Origin: Podarcis erhardii
Lineage: Eukaryota
Direction: 5' to 3' (one strand)
Assembly (NCBI GenBank): GCA_964252035.1
Contig: OZ176203.1
DNA: 64,000 nucleotides
Position numbers and translations under genes: made by a program. The notes beneath the pieces are model-generated. The model was not told the origin of the DNA. It worked only from the letters and a program-made list of their open reading frames with translations, and did not search any database. Positions 46,985-60,323 of this stretch are shown one piece after another (within the stretch, counting starts at the first letter, position 1; each line of letters begins with the position of its first letter).

Positions 46985-49900
46985 CTTTAATCAGCCCCCT
47001 CTTTCCTGTTTCATTTATAAAGTGAGTTTTCAGTCTTGCATGCATAAATACTGTTGACAGGAACAGTGTGAATGTTCTCCCTTTGATAAAAGGACATCAA
47101 AGTGGCTTTCAGGGACATGGGTTTCTGTCACATTGATGTTATGGGAGAGCTGGCTTCTTGAGGCATATGGGTTTTTTTTTTACACATAATGAGACTTAAT
47201 AGGCTAAACGAGCCATCCCTGTACTTCTCCATTAGTTTACAATGCAGTTTGTTTCATTCACACACTAGTGGGAGGCAGAGGGGTTTAAGGAGGCAGTAGG
47301 TTTTCCAAAACCCCAGCTCTGCAGCTCTTTCATCATATCATTACAATGGTATTGGGTGAAGCATTGGCCACAAGGGGAAAATACTGATAAAAGATTCATT
47401 CTGTCTCATTCCCTTTTTTGCACTGTTTTATTGAGTCATCATCCTTTGAGCTGCTCACTATTTATGATATGCACAAAATGCATAATTAATTGTCCAATTC
47501 AACACCACTAGCACTGTGGCCTCTGACAGCTTTCTATTTATTTAAATTGTGGGTTCTCCCCTTCCTTCCTTCCTTCTTTCCTTTCTTTGGATTTATGCTG
47601 TTGCTTAAGAAATTAATTTGGTCAAATCCCCCCAGAGGTTGAGGAAGGCAAACCATTCTTTCATTTCATTGAAGCCATTGTTATTGGATTTGAAAATTTC
47701 CTTTTAAACAAAGAATTCATTTACATACATTAGCAGTTAGCAAGTTGTAAAATGCAGAGCTTATAACAATGCACCAGGAAACATTTTTGATATTGGAAGC
47801 CCACACATTTCTTTAATCAGCTTCCTTTCATATACTGGAAACTTTTACCTGATCACCAATTCTTAAGTCCAAAATTGTGATGCTTTTATTAGTGTACTGA
47901 CCACAGGATTCACTTTGGACCTCGCTTTGGCAAGGAACAAGATTTCATCCAAAACTCTTTGGACGTTGTGCATTTTGGCTCAGGTTAAATCCAAATTCCA
48001 ATTTGAAAAAATGGGTGTCTCCGCCACTCACTATCGGGAAGTGGGGAAATAAAAAAAACAGACATAATGGTATTTTCTATTTGGACAGAACTGAATGAAA
48101 TTGCAGGCCTGCTGGACCCTCCTAAGTGGATGATGTCGACCAACCTATAGACACTTAGGAAAATGTTGTTTTAGACACTTAAAAATCCAGAAAAGGAACA
48201 AACTGTAACATTTCCCTTTTATTAGAACTGAATGAAATTTGCAGACATGGTACTTTGTTTGAAGGGATGAGTTCTACCAAATTTTGGGGGGTGGGGGGGA
48301 TGAAGTAGTTTTCCTGCAAGGATGACCATTGCAGTTTGGGCTAGCTAGACAAGGATTCACCTAATCTTCCCTGTTGTGTTGAGCCTGCTGACTCTCATCA
48401 CCCAACCCCAAAGTTCTTCTTTCGCTTGGGTTTCCATATGACCTGGAACAGAAAAACAATTTTCTCTATTACCTAAACCAGGCTTTCCCAACCTGGTGCC
48501 TAACAAATGTTTAGAACTACAATTCCCATCACTGCTAACTGTTGGCCATGCTGGAAGGAGACATATCCAATGCCTACGTCAAACCGCCTGACATCTGTAA
48601 TCAATAAAAATGGTGGTCTTATTTCATTCTAATACTGTTGTCGTGTCTCTTTTGTTGTATGCGCTCTCACTCCACCCACTGGCTTCACTGCACCTGGGCC
48701 ATTCCTGCTGCACCACAAGCAGCTGTAGCAGGGCTCCCCTCCCTAGCTTTGGCACAGCAGAAGGAGATATTTCTGCCTCCTGTTGCCATGCCAACTACCA
48801 GGGACACACCTGCATGGCCCTCTGGCCAATTGCTGGAGTGCAAGGGCATCATCATCATCATAATTTTATTATTTATACCCTGCACACCTGGCATGGGCAT
48901 GGGGAGTGGATAGGCCTATCCCATCCCACCCTGAATTGAAATGAGCCAGATTTTGTTCTTGGGGACAGCCATACCTGCTACTTTCCCAGAATATTCTTCC
49001 TCTCCACCTACCCCACAATTCACAATAGGAGAATCTCCAGAACAGCACACGGTGGGAGGAGAGGGAGAGCATTCTGTCGGGCAAGCAGAAATGCTTGCAC
49101 TGATGGAGCAGTCTCCTTCATACTATGTTGAATTCCACCCTTAGGTCAGAGTGGGCTGCTCAAGTAAACAAATAAATATAATTCCTGTTCTTACATAGCA
49201 AAAGTAGGCCTGATTTAGATTCCACCGGTTCCTCAGTTTTCCAGCTCAGGGTTTAAGGGCATTGCTATATATTGATGAGTACCCTAAAATACAATTGATA
49301 TGTATATGATCGCCTTTTCAGAAAGGACTAAAATGGAACACGGAAGATTGGATTTAGAAAAACCATTCCCATTATATTTGCAAACGGCAAGAATAAATTT
49401 GTCAGCATCTAATTGCTTCATTGTGTATGCTGGAGTTCTTCTGACTTTGTATAGCATAATACATCCCTGTTGCAATAAATAGAAATCATTTGCTTAAGCT
49501 CCTTGCCTCTGAATATTTTATTATTTGTCTCACTGTCTATGTTGGTTTTCATGAGATCTTAATCGGATATATCAGCCTCTCTTTGAGTTGCTGCTTTATT
49601 CTTTTTTTATTTATATGGAAGAGTTTTCCTTCTTGGATGTTTTCCTAGCTAAGGGCTATTATTTCTCAATGTTTCATTTTGCCAAACATTTTCTATCCTG
49701 CAAGTTATACCCACAGCTCCAAAAATTATGCTAAACTGTTGCAATCACAACTATAAGTGCTAAACACAGGAAAGATGATAAGCACTAAATATTCTTCACT
49801 TTTAATTTTGGGGTTGAAATTATACTTATCAATGGGATGGAAATTGCTCCCCCCACCTCCCAGTGCTTAGAATATGTAAATCCTTATCGTTTTCTGTTCC

Positions 49901-50296
49901 TCAGCAGTGCCATTTATATCCACTGCTTCCTTCTACCTTTTTGCATTAGTCACATGAGCAAATGAGATGCCACCATAATGCTACTCAGCCAGATTTGTTC
50001 TGCCTATAACTTTTTTGAATACAGCACTTGGGGCAGCATTTATCTATTGAGCTTTGTCAGTGCAAGAACTTCCACTTTGGCTACAGGGCTTCCCTCCTCT
50101 CCCACACGGCACCAAAATTTGCTCAAAGAGGATGGAGAGAACCCCCTAAACTATGCATGTGGAGATAAGTGGGGGGGGGTCATCAATTTGTCATAACACA
50201 GCCTTGAAGTCCACCCTTGGTAGCTATGCTATGAAGGGTTATAATGAGAGCGGATAAGGAGGGATGGGTCAAAAGTGAGAATAATTACTCTTAAAT

Positions 50297-50536
50297 GAGA
50301 GCCAGCATGGTGTAGTGGTTAAGAGCAGTGGACTCATAATCTGGTGAACCGGGTTCACTTCCCCACTCCTCCACATGCAGCTGCTGGGTGACCTTGGGCT
50401 AGTCACACTTCTCTGAAGTCTCTCAGCCTCACTCACCTCACAGAGTGTTTGTTGTGGGGGAGGAAGGGAAAGGAGATTGTTAGCTGCTTAAGGGGAGTGA
50501 AAGGCGGTATATCAAGTCTAAACTCTTCTTCTTCTT
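50297..50536 (+). mobile_element. Squam3-like tRNA-derived SINE
   Basis: A-box tggtgtagtgg, B-box-like gggttcacttc, core gctgggtgaccttgggctagtcac, L2-type tail ending in (ctt)n. Confidence 0.75.
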
Positions 50537-53504
50537 TGAGCAGTCAGATTATTGATCATGGTCCACTGGCCAACCAGGAATGCATACTGAGTTTTAATGG
50601 ACTGCCATTGATGGTGTAAATCTCTTTGTGACTGTAATCAGCTGCATCAGTACCACGTATTTATAAATTTGCCTCATGACTATACAATGATGGCAATGGG
50701 TGTTCAGGTGCATTATCAGCATCTTGCAGCAGTGAGGAATTCTCTGGTGATGAGTGGTCTACTGTATAGTTGGACCACGGTGATCTGCAGACAGTTCCTC
50801 CTTCCTCCAGGAGACATAACCTGTTTATCAAAATGGATCAAGGTTCATTGTCTCTGATGAAGGGTGTGCTTGCTTTTTAAGCAAGATGTGTGGTTTGGTG
50901 GTGGAGCAGTTTTTCTTAATATGTCTTTGGCTTAACTCAGCCTGCCTGCCACTGAAGTGTTTCCTAGCAGCTGCAGAGATCCTTTTGATCCTGTTCTTTG
51001 GTACCACCCAACAATTTTCTTCAGGATTGAAAATGCAACACGTGGGCAGCAGCCCACATTGTGCTGCTGTAGAGCAGGGTGGCCATTACAAAAGTCCTCC
51101 CCTCGGCCCATTGGTCTTTAGGAGACAATTACCTTAATTAATAGTAGGAACTACCCTCATGTGAAGTGGAAGGCAGGAAAATGTGAAAATCTGGGAGTCG
51201 CCCTGTATGACTGTCAAAATGTACCTGGTGTTACTTAATTACGGTACGTTGGTGCCACTGTGCATAGCTCTTGGAAACAGTTTGAGCATATACGCTATAG
51301 CATTTTGTAGCCATTTAGAAACCTAGGATTAAAACAAATGACACTTTCTTTCAGCTTCTCCCTTTAGGCATATTCTAAGATTTCAAAACAATGGGAAAAC
51401 AGAGGGGAAAGCATAGCAGTTGTATACCACCAAGGAAGGATAAAAAATGATATCTTAAGAATATAACCAACCGTTTTCACCCTTATTCCCAGAGGCAGTA
51501 CTACAACCATATATAGCATGCATTAATGCATATAGAGTCAACACAAATCATTCAAAATAGCCTAGACATTTTATCAAGGGGAATACTGGGGAATGCATAA
51601 CATACATAAAAATGTAATAAACTATCATAATGTGTACACAGCATCATCTATAAAGTAAGACAAGATTTTTATACTGTACTGAGTTATTCCTGCACTATGC
51701 AAACTAGCATTTATAATGCCAGACAGCTATTATGGGCTATTAGCCTTAAATAGACCACATAGAGGACCATTCTTCTTTGAAAGCAAGGCACCATCCTTCT
51801 CAACTGACAGGTGGGTAGATATCACTGTGATAGGCAGTCCAATAGTCAAGGACAAATCTTTCCTAGTGTTTCATTGGCAGGATTAGAAGGCAGGTGACTC
51901 TGGCCAAAGCTTTCTGCCTCGGGGTTCAAACTCAAACTAAGGCTGTTAGGATGAAACAAGTAAGAAATGTTTTATACTCCTTATCCCTCAAGGGTTTCTT
52001 CTCCAATCAAAAACCCTTGCCCATTTAGACAGTAGCTGGTATATAGGGTAGAAGAAGAGATATCAACAACTTTTTTAACCTTGAAGAGAGGAATTCTTAC
52101 TCGGGCTTTCTGTTTAAATGGCAACAAAGCAACAGCTGTTAGAATGTTAATGTATTGGTGGGTTGTGTGTTTGTTTGTTTGTTGTGTGCCTGAAATTAAG
52201 GTATGTTTTTCTGCATGGCCTCTCTGGTTGTTGTTGTTTTTTTAAAGAAAAGTAAAAAGGTCTACAAATATCAAAAATAAATAATAGATCCTTGCCTGGA
52301 AGATGTTCAGACATTTGAAAAATGTGCTTTCCATCCCCCTGGAACTCTTGTGATGGCCTGGAAAGCTAGCAGGATGCAGTAAGCAAGATGTGCCTAACAC
52401 ACACACACACGCACACACCACATATGCACTGCACATTTACTACCACAGATCTCAGAATGGTTTCATTCAATCTATCTTCAAAGGGAATTCTGGGAATTGT
52501 AGTTCTGTGAACAGAATGGGGCCTCATAACAAATCTCAGCACCCTTAACAACTTACTTTGGGGTATCCATGAGTGTTTGAAGTGGTATAATACTCCTTTA
52601 TATAGTGAAGTTGGGACCTTAGTCCATAAATTTCAGTAGGTTTACTCTCGGTATGGCTTAGTTGACTATCACCCTGCTTCTTAAAAACACCAGCACACAA
52701 GATAGCTGAAGGCAGCTAAACAGAGAAGAGTAAAAGAGCAGTCAAATTAAAAACCTCAAAAGCTGTAATTCACACATTATATTAGGCTGAAGTATTGGCA
52801 GAATGGGGTTTGCCTGTATAATATGACCCAAATTACTATAAAGGGTAATTCTTCCTTCTTCATTGTTATTTCATATGTCCTGCTGGGAAACACATAATCC
52901 TAGAGCATAAACTGGTGCCTGCAGATTATGCATAAATTAAGTGCAAAGATTCATCTTCTATTATGTCAGCAACAAGAAAATAGGACCCTACTACTTCCCT
53001 TTCAACCATCACACCATAAATAGGAAACTGTTTTCCAGCACTTAGCACTATCTGGCTCATTAATTGAGGCTGTGATTCCAACTGAGTACAGCTTTTATGT
53101 TTGCACTTTGCTGAATTTTGGGATGCGTAAGACTTATTCCCCTCCTGCTTCTATCTTTGCTCACACTGAGCAGCGCTTACAGAACCATATGGAGAAATTC
53201 TGCTCACTTAAAATCTAGTAATTTGCTAGGAACTATTGTTACATGCCAAGTAATTGTTTTTTGCCACCTCAGAAAGTGGTCAATTTGCTTGCAGGTGCAC
53301 TTAAACTCCATAATGCACCCTGATCCTAAACACACAGGGACAGCTCTCTCTCTATTCAGAAGTGAATACCAGAAGAATTCAGTATGACTTACTCCCAGGT
53401 ACTTGGGTATAGAATGGTAGCCTAAGGTGACAATGAGAGTTTTGTAACTTTGTTTAGATGTGTGTGCGGTACTACTACTCTTCTAGTATTAATTCAAATT
53501 AATT

Positions 53505-53700
53505 GAATTTGAATACCACCCTTAATCTCAGGGTGGTTCACAACATAAAAATACAACATAAAAAAACACACACAACAAAAACAAATGAAAATACAAGATG
53601 AAAAAACACATAACAAAACCAAAAACAAACCGATAACCTTCTGCAACACATTTAAAAGGGTATCGGATGTTAATCAGCCAAACTCCTCATTGAAGAGGGA
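53505..53700 (-). mobile_element. Degenerate L2-type 3' tail
   Basis: Similar to 2865-3085 (ctcagggtggttcacaac...aaagggtat.ggatgt.a.tcagccaaa). Confidence 0.45.
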
Positions 53701-55012
53701 CACGCGAATTGCACTCCTAATCCTTGTTTTATCCTAGGCTATCAATTCCTAAATGCACTACTGCTTTCATTGGTTTGCATATTCAATGGATGTCCCAGAA
53801 TTTTAAGTGAGCTCCAATAGAGAGGTCATCTCCTTTCTCACTGATCTACTGCTTTTCTCTCTCTGTCTGGTGGGTGGGCGGGGGGGGGGGGATATATTTT
53901 GAGGGAAGCATTCAAGTAAGGAAGGATTGACAACCTTGTGATAACAGTTGTAATGTAACAGCCTTGGGTAAACTTGGCTTACAATTGTGATTCCAGAAGT
54001 CTGTGGGAGTGACTGCCAAGAAAATATTATCCAAATCAGGTTACAAGTGTCTTGGGGTTAAAGGTTATGAGTCTGCTGACAAAATATTCACATAAAATAC
54101 AACAAAACTTGGATATCATTAGATCACTGTGGCAATCTGCGATCCTTCATGGGAACTATAATATAAAATCTGATTTAATTTGAGTTGGTAGGGCACTTTC
54201 CATTTTCTTTGGAAAGCCAGTAAACACAATGTAAAAATAAAAAATAAAAAGTGCAGAAGCAATGGAAGACTGGCACAGCAGCAAATTAACACGGTGACAA
54301 CAACAAGCAATGTTTTTGACTTTCAAATGTGTACCCAAGGCACCATTTTAAGATTACTCCTTCTGTTTACTTGCATAATGGAACATGCACTTGCATTCAA
54401 AATAAAATCTATTTCGATTACACTAAGCTGAGAACCTTATGCACTTGAGAGTCTAATATGCATGGGTCTGCATAAGAGAATTGTGTTCTGGGAGAGATGC
54501 TGCCCCTTATCTTTCAAGGTAGTCAAGGTAGGAAGAGAGAGACAGCCATCTGAAGCCATTGCAAAAAGCCTTTTGAAAAGCACCTTAATAATTAACATGG
54601 AGCAGCACATAGCTCACTCAGCAGGCTCACATTTATGGAACCTCGCTTTCCCCCCAGCAACAGGAAAGCTTGTGACACACTTAGCTTAGCCCATCGTCCC
54701 TCCTGAATGATTTAGCACATATATAAGCAGTTATTTTCTTGCATTCCATCAGCCTTACGGGACTTGAATATCTCCTCACGGGTATCATTGTATAGCAATT
54801 ATATGACATCTTCTTTCAGAGTCATTCATTGCATCTCTTCCTCTGTCCTTTGAGAAGAGGTGAGAATTCCCTGCTCAGCGTTTCTTCTGGTATGGAAGCA
54901 GAACGGAAGTATGCATACAGCAGGATCTTTTCAGTACTGGCACTTAGTTAGTAGAATACTCAGTCCAGAAAAATATATCATGAGACATTCATGATTGCTT
55001 TCCACCAGCATG

Positions 55013-55014
<2 letters not shown>

Positions 55015-55082
<68 letters not shown>
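55015..55082. repeat. Compound (TG)n(AG)n microsatellite
   Basis: Direct inspection. Confidence 0.95.
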
Positions 55083-55090
<8 letters not shown>

Positions 55091-55260
55091 TATTACTGTC
55101 AATAGAGATGAACTTTCTGCAACTACCATTTCCCAATGGATTGTTTTTAATTATCAAATATTTTAAGTGAATGTCCATTTTGTCGTGAAGATGGAGTAAA
55201 GTGCCATCTGAATGCAGCCAACACTGCATAAGCAGAATTCTGCATAAGCAGAATAGAAGC

Positions 55261-55426
55261 GATACCTATTTATCTACTTGCACTTTGATGTGCTTTCGAA
55301 CTGCTAGGTTGGCAGGAGCTGGGACTGAGCAAGGGGCGCTCACCCCGTCACAGGGATTCGAACCACCGGCCTTTTGATCGGCAAGTCCTACACTCTGTGG
55401 TTTAACCCACAGCACCATCTGCGTCC
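55261..55426 (-). mobile_element. Sauria SINE, 5' half only
   Basis: Reverse complement of the head and core (ggacgcagatggtgctgtggg...gtgcaagtagataaatagg). Truncated at ggtatc. Confidence 0.8.
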
Positions 55427-57982
55427 TGCTGTGGCCCATAGATTGCAGCGAAATGCTGGGCAAGATTATGCCCATTATCTTCTCTGTGTGATGGGCTCAT
55501 GGAAAAAGCTGTTGCATGAGCCCTTGCTGAAAAGGGGAGGGGAAAGCCTATATAAGGCTGCTTCCCCTGCAGCTCACAGCCATTTTGCTTTGAGGCTTCC
55601 TGCCCACTTGCCCTCAGGTTAGAGCCTTCATTTAGCAATTTTGGGTTGCTGGTTGACAAGGCCAGAAATACTAGTGCTTGGTTGGGGTTTTCTTCACCTT
55701 TCTCTCAAATAAATCATGGCTTTCCTTTGTTAGGCAGAAAAACATTGTATGAGGGCAGAAAGTGCCTTGGGCAGGATCAACGTAGTATAGGAAGGCCCCC
55801 ATAAGGGGCCTGAGGGGAGGACTGACCATGGCAAACCCAAGCATGGGTTTGGTACCTGCTTGGTTGGACTCTGCACCCTGGTCCCCCAGCATATACAGTA
55901 CATTACATCAACATGGGGCTTGTGGAATGATGAAATGATCCTGAGATCCAATGCCATGCCAACCCATGACCTGCCTGCTACTGTCAATAAAGATTTGGCC
56001 TGATTTTATCTCATCACCTTTGTACAGTCTGGTTATTTTGCTGTTTTCATGGGTCACATAATGTGCCTGCCTGAGCAACAGGATGTCTTCTCCCTCTCTT
56101 CCTCTTTGCAGCCCCCTTTATGCACCCAATAATCTTCTCCATTTTGCTTATGGAAAATGCATTGCAAAATACATATAAATCCATAATCTGACTCAGAACT
56201 GTGTTCCAATCTGCAAACATGTTCATGACATTGTATTGAGACAGTCTGCTGCAAAAAAATGGACCAAACAAATTATCTCTCCCCCAGATTCAATTCAATA
56301 ATACACATAAATGTAGATAATCTACTCATAATAATAAAATCAGCACAGCTTATCTTAAAAAATCACTGCTGTTCTACTACAAAAGGCTACTAACTGGAAA
56401 CTAGATTCTTCTTATAGAAGCAAGAAAAATATCTTCAGACAACCCAATGCATATGTCAAAACTGCTTTTGGTCTATGCTTTTGTTTCAGAAGACTAATGC
56501 AGCAACTGGGGATGCAAATTTTGAAATTTGGTTGTGCCCCAAAGATATAAACTGATGTAGAGTATCAACACAGAAGGAAACTTGGGAGAAAGTCATTATG
56601 GAAACAACAAAATTTAGATGTGTGGAAAAGGACCAGCATGAAAGAATGATTTTATGAGAATATTACTGCTTTGATATTGGCTAAGTATGCAACAGGCATC
56701 CATTACATGCTGGTTGAATGGTTTTAGAACAAACATCTGGTTCAAACAAATCTTCCACTTTCAGTTTGCTATCAACTCACATCATTAAATAGGGGACAGG
56801 TTTTTCCCTCCTAACTCCAAATGTCCTTAGTAGTTTTTATTTCATTATCTCAGAGCAATTTTTCTTCAAACAGCTTTGGATAGCTAGCTACATGGGCAAA
56901 TTAGATACAAAGAGAACCGTTTGGAAGGTTACAAACAAGTAATAACAGAATTTCCCTGGAAATTTCAGGAACAGGCAAATTAAGTTTTACATCTTCAGAA
57001 CTGTTCTTGCTTCTGTGGAGGAGACTCCCTGGAACAGAGAGAGTCAAAGCATCCTGCCTGTGGCATCTCCTTTCCATTTCTACCTCAGGCAAGAGCAACC
57101 ATTAGGTACAGTGAGGAACCAACCCCAGGCAGCTGATGGGTGTGTGTGTGAAATGAAAGGAAAGCAACCAGTTGGCTGTTTAATATTTGTTGTTTTCACA
57201 TTTTTGAATAAACTGAATAGAAGACTTATAAGGCAGAACTCGAATAATGTTATATTTATTAAAATATAGTAAGTCGGAGGAACTGCAAACCAACATTCAA
57301 AACCCAACATTTAAAACCCAATTTACCAATTTTCAAGAAGTACAGCCAGGTGAGGATATATCTAATTCCAGCAAGGAATCATCCCTCAAACCCTCTGGGC
57401 ATGCATTGCAGCCACAGGCTGTGGTTCCCTAGCAAAGGATGGGGAGGCATTAACTGCCTCCTTGTAGGAGAGCCTTGGGTACACATCCAACACACACACA
57501 TGGGCCCTGCTGTTGTGTATTTAAGTAACATGCTCATGACAGATCTAAAGGTCACCCCAAGTCCTCCCCCCCCCAGCAATAAGCACTGGCAGATCTCTGA
57601 ATGCTACCCTCAACCCAAGAATGCCTCCATTTTCCAACTATTTTCTTGCCCATAATTCAATGTGCCCACGGACTACAAAACCATGCCATTCTCAGAGTGT
57701 TGAACAAATTAGTCACAGCAGTGTAAAGTAATTGAAAAACAGGGTAATTCCAGAACCAATGAAGGAGTTCCCCCCCCAAAAAAAATCCTACTCAGCTCCT
57801 TCAATGGTTGGTTGGCCAAAGCCCACACTGCATACAGGGAGGGAATATGCTTCAAACCTGCAAAGAGGAATAGTTGGGGAAGGACCCAGTTTATAAAGCC
57901 CCCTGTTGGCTGTTCAGCCCCACATGACCATCCTCACCTTTTCCCTTCAGGAGCAACATAATTTCCCGAGTCATCTTTTAAA

Positions 57983-58013
<31 letters not shown>

Positions 58014-58746
58014 TTTATTTATATCCCGCCCTCCCCAGCCGAAGCCGGGCTCAGGGCGGCTAACAACACTAAAACAGTACAGCATTATAAAACAGTATAA
58101 AAATGGATTAAAATGAATTAAAATCAAAATTGATGGCAACCATAAACTAAAGTTTTGTAAAGATTGCCAGAGGAGGGAGTCAGGCTGCGCCCTGACCAAA
58201 GGCCAGGTGGAACAGCTCTGTCTTGCAGGCCCTGCGGAAAGATGTCAAGTCCTGCAGGGCCCTTGTCTCTTGTGAGAGAGCGTTCCACCAGGTTGGAGCC
58301 GCAGCCGAAAAAGCCCTGGCTCTAGTTGAGGCCAGCCTAACCTCTCTGTGGCTTGGGACCTTCAAGATGTTTTTATTTGAAGATCGTAAGTTCCTCTGTG
58401 GGGCATACCAGGAGAGGCGGTCCCGTAGGTACGAGGGCCCTAGGCCGTATAGGGCTTTGAAGGTTAAAACCAGCACCTTAAACCTGATCCTGTACTCCAC
58501 CGGGAGCCAGTGCAGCTGGTATAGCACCGGATGAATGTGATCTCTAAGCGAAGACCCCGTAAGGAGTCTCGCTGCAGCATTTTGCACCCGCTGGAGTTTC
58601 TGGGTCAGTCTCAAGGGCAGCCCCACGTAGAGCGAGTTACAATAATCCAGTCTGGAGGTGACCGTCGCGTGGATCACAGTGGCTAGGTCAGGGCGTGAGA
58701 GGTAAGGAGCCAACTGCTTAGCTTGGCGGAGATGAAAGAATGCGGA
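57983..58746 (-). mobile_element. 5'-truncated young L2-clade LINE with (TAT)n tail
   Basis: Open 3' part of the ORF, a 3' UTR and a microsatellite tail at 57983-58010. Confidence 0.9.
58180..58746 (-). CDS. L2 ORF2 C-terminal fragment (post-RT region), stop-free
   Basis: AFFHLRQ...TSRLDYCNSLYVGLP...LQRVQNAAARLL...HIHPVLYQLHWLPV..RIRFKVLVLTFKAL...RAFSAAAPTWWNAL...KTELF. Codons upstream of ~58746 are flanking DNA. Confidence 0.85.
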   Translation of the reverse strand, partial: SAFFHLRQAKQLAPYLSRPDLATVIHATVTSRLDYCNSLYVGLPLRLTQKLQRVQNAAARLLTGSSLRDHIHPVLYQLHWLPVEYRIRFKVLVLTFKALYGLGPSYLRDRLSWYAPQRNLRSSNKNILKVPSHREVRLASTRARAFSAAAPTWWNALSQETRALQDLTSFRRACKTELFHLAFGQGAA

Positions 58747-59076
58747 GATGGGGTGAGGGCATCCCCACACTATCCCCATCACAAAGAAAGGAGATGCAAA
58801 TCACGTTGCGTCTTGTTCTTTATCACAATGATAGCAGGGGGTTCTGCTGCTGGCTGTCGCTGCAGGGACAGTGACAAAAGCATATTGTTATTATTAAAAA
58901 CAATCTGTTTATTAGTAGGAGTGACAGCAGTAATACTTGTTGGAGCAGTGGTGCTTACTTGACCTCCCAACACCGCCATCACTGCAGGTGAGATGGGGTA
59001 AGATGGATCAGCATGGTGCAAAGCACTAGTGGAAGCAATATGACCGCATTGCTGCTACCAATGTATCTGTACTGTA

Positions 59077-59286
59077 CAGTGGTACCTCGGGTTACAGACT
59101 CCTCTAACCCAGAAATAGTACCTCGGGTTAAGAACTTTGCTTCAGGATGAGAATAGAAATCGTGCAGCGGTGGTGCGGCAGCAGCAGGAGGCCCCATTAG
59201 CTAAAGTGGTACCTCAGGTTGAGAACAGTTTCAGGTTAAGAATGGACCTCTGGAACAAATTAAGTTCTTAACCCAAAGTACCACTG
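59077..59286. mobile_element. Tc1/mariner MITE
   Basis: cagtggtacctcggg ... ccaaagtaccactg, flanked by TA. Confidence 0.85.
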
Positions 59287-60184
59287 TACTGACCTCACCA
59301 CTGCCTCTCCCCTTCTCCCTGCTAGTAAGTCACAGATATGGCAGTGGCAAGATGCCACCCTGCAGCATCCTGCCAACTGCTACTGTGTAGCAACATTGGC
59401 AGTATTTAAAGGTTTCTCTCACCCTTCCTCTCAAAAGATCCCATGGCAGCCAACAACGAAGCTGTAAATCAACACAAAAATAAAATAAATACATTTAAGA
59501 AACACTTAACAACATGGAAAACACCCCAAAACCTCTAAAAGGATTTAGAATAGTATTATTTCTTAAGTAAAGGACAGTATCTCTGGAAGGAATTTGCCAT
59601 TCCTGGGCTACTGAGTGTCAAGTTCAGTGGAGAACATAGGGAGAAAGGGGGAAAATCATTGGCTTTTTGTATTCTGTTCCTCATGGGAAAGGTCTACATG
59701 ATGCTTCTCTGATGGTAGATCAGTAGCCTAGGAGTCAGAACGCCAGAGAAAGAACCTTTTTGTGGCTAGACAGACTGCTACAAATCTGCAGTGACAGCAC
59801 GGTTAAAAACCAAACAAAAAAAACCTCCTTTAAAACAAAAAGCAGACCAGAGTTTCCATCTCTCTTTCTCCCCAGTTCCAGATAACTGCCTAAGACAAAC
59901 TTACGGGCTTGTGTAAAAGATGGGTTGCGCCCCCTCCTCTCAAAGTAGCAAGAGTTTCAAAACTGCCTTTTGAAGTTCAGGCTCTCTGAAAGGAAAGTCT
60001 TTGGGGGGAGTTTAAAGCAAACAAAAAAATGAAGGTTTTCAGAAGCAACAATTATGTTGCTGTTGTTGTTTTTTAAGGATGGAGGGAAACAGGCAGCAGA
60101 CATAAGTAATTTGGCCATTCAAAGAATCTCCTGACATATCTTTCTGCTGTGTTGCTCCATACACTCCACTGCATCTCTCTTCAC

Positions 60185-60323
60185 CGGGGGACAGGTCCTA
60201 TTTCTGGTTCCTGTCCTTCATAAACCACTGCCTTCATTTCTGCCTGCTTGTTAAAAGTTTTGTTATTGTGAGTTGCTAGAGTCATCCTCTCCACACCTCG
60301 ATTCAGCTCCCTCTGCACAGTTT
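60185..60323 (-). other. Candidate exon (xTVQRELNRGVERMTL...EIGPVPR)
   Basis: Acceptor ctcttaacttctag| in phase 1. Open for 47 codons up to TGA or a weak donor CG|gtgaag. Confidence 0.2.
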
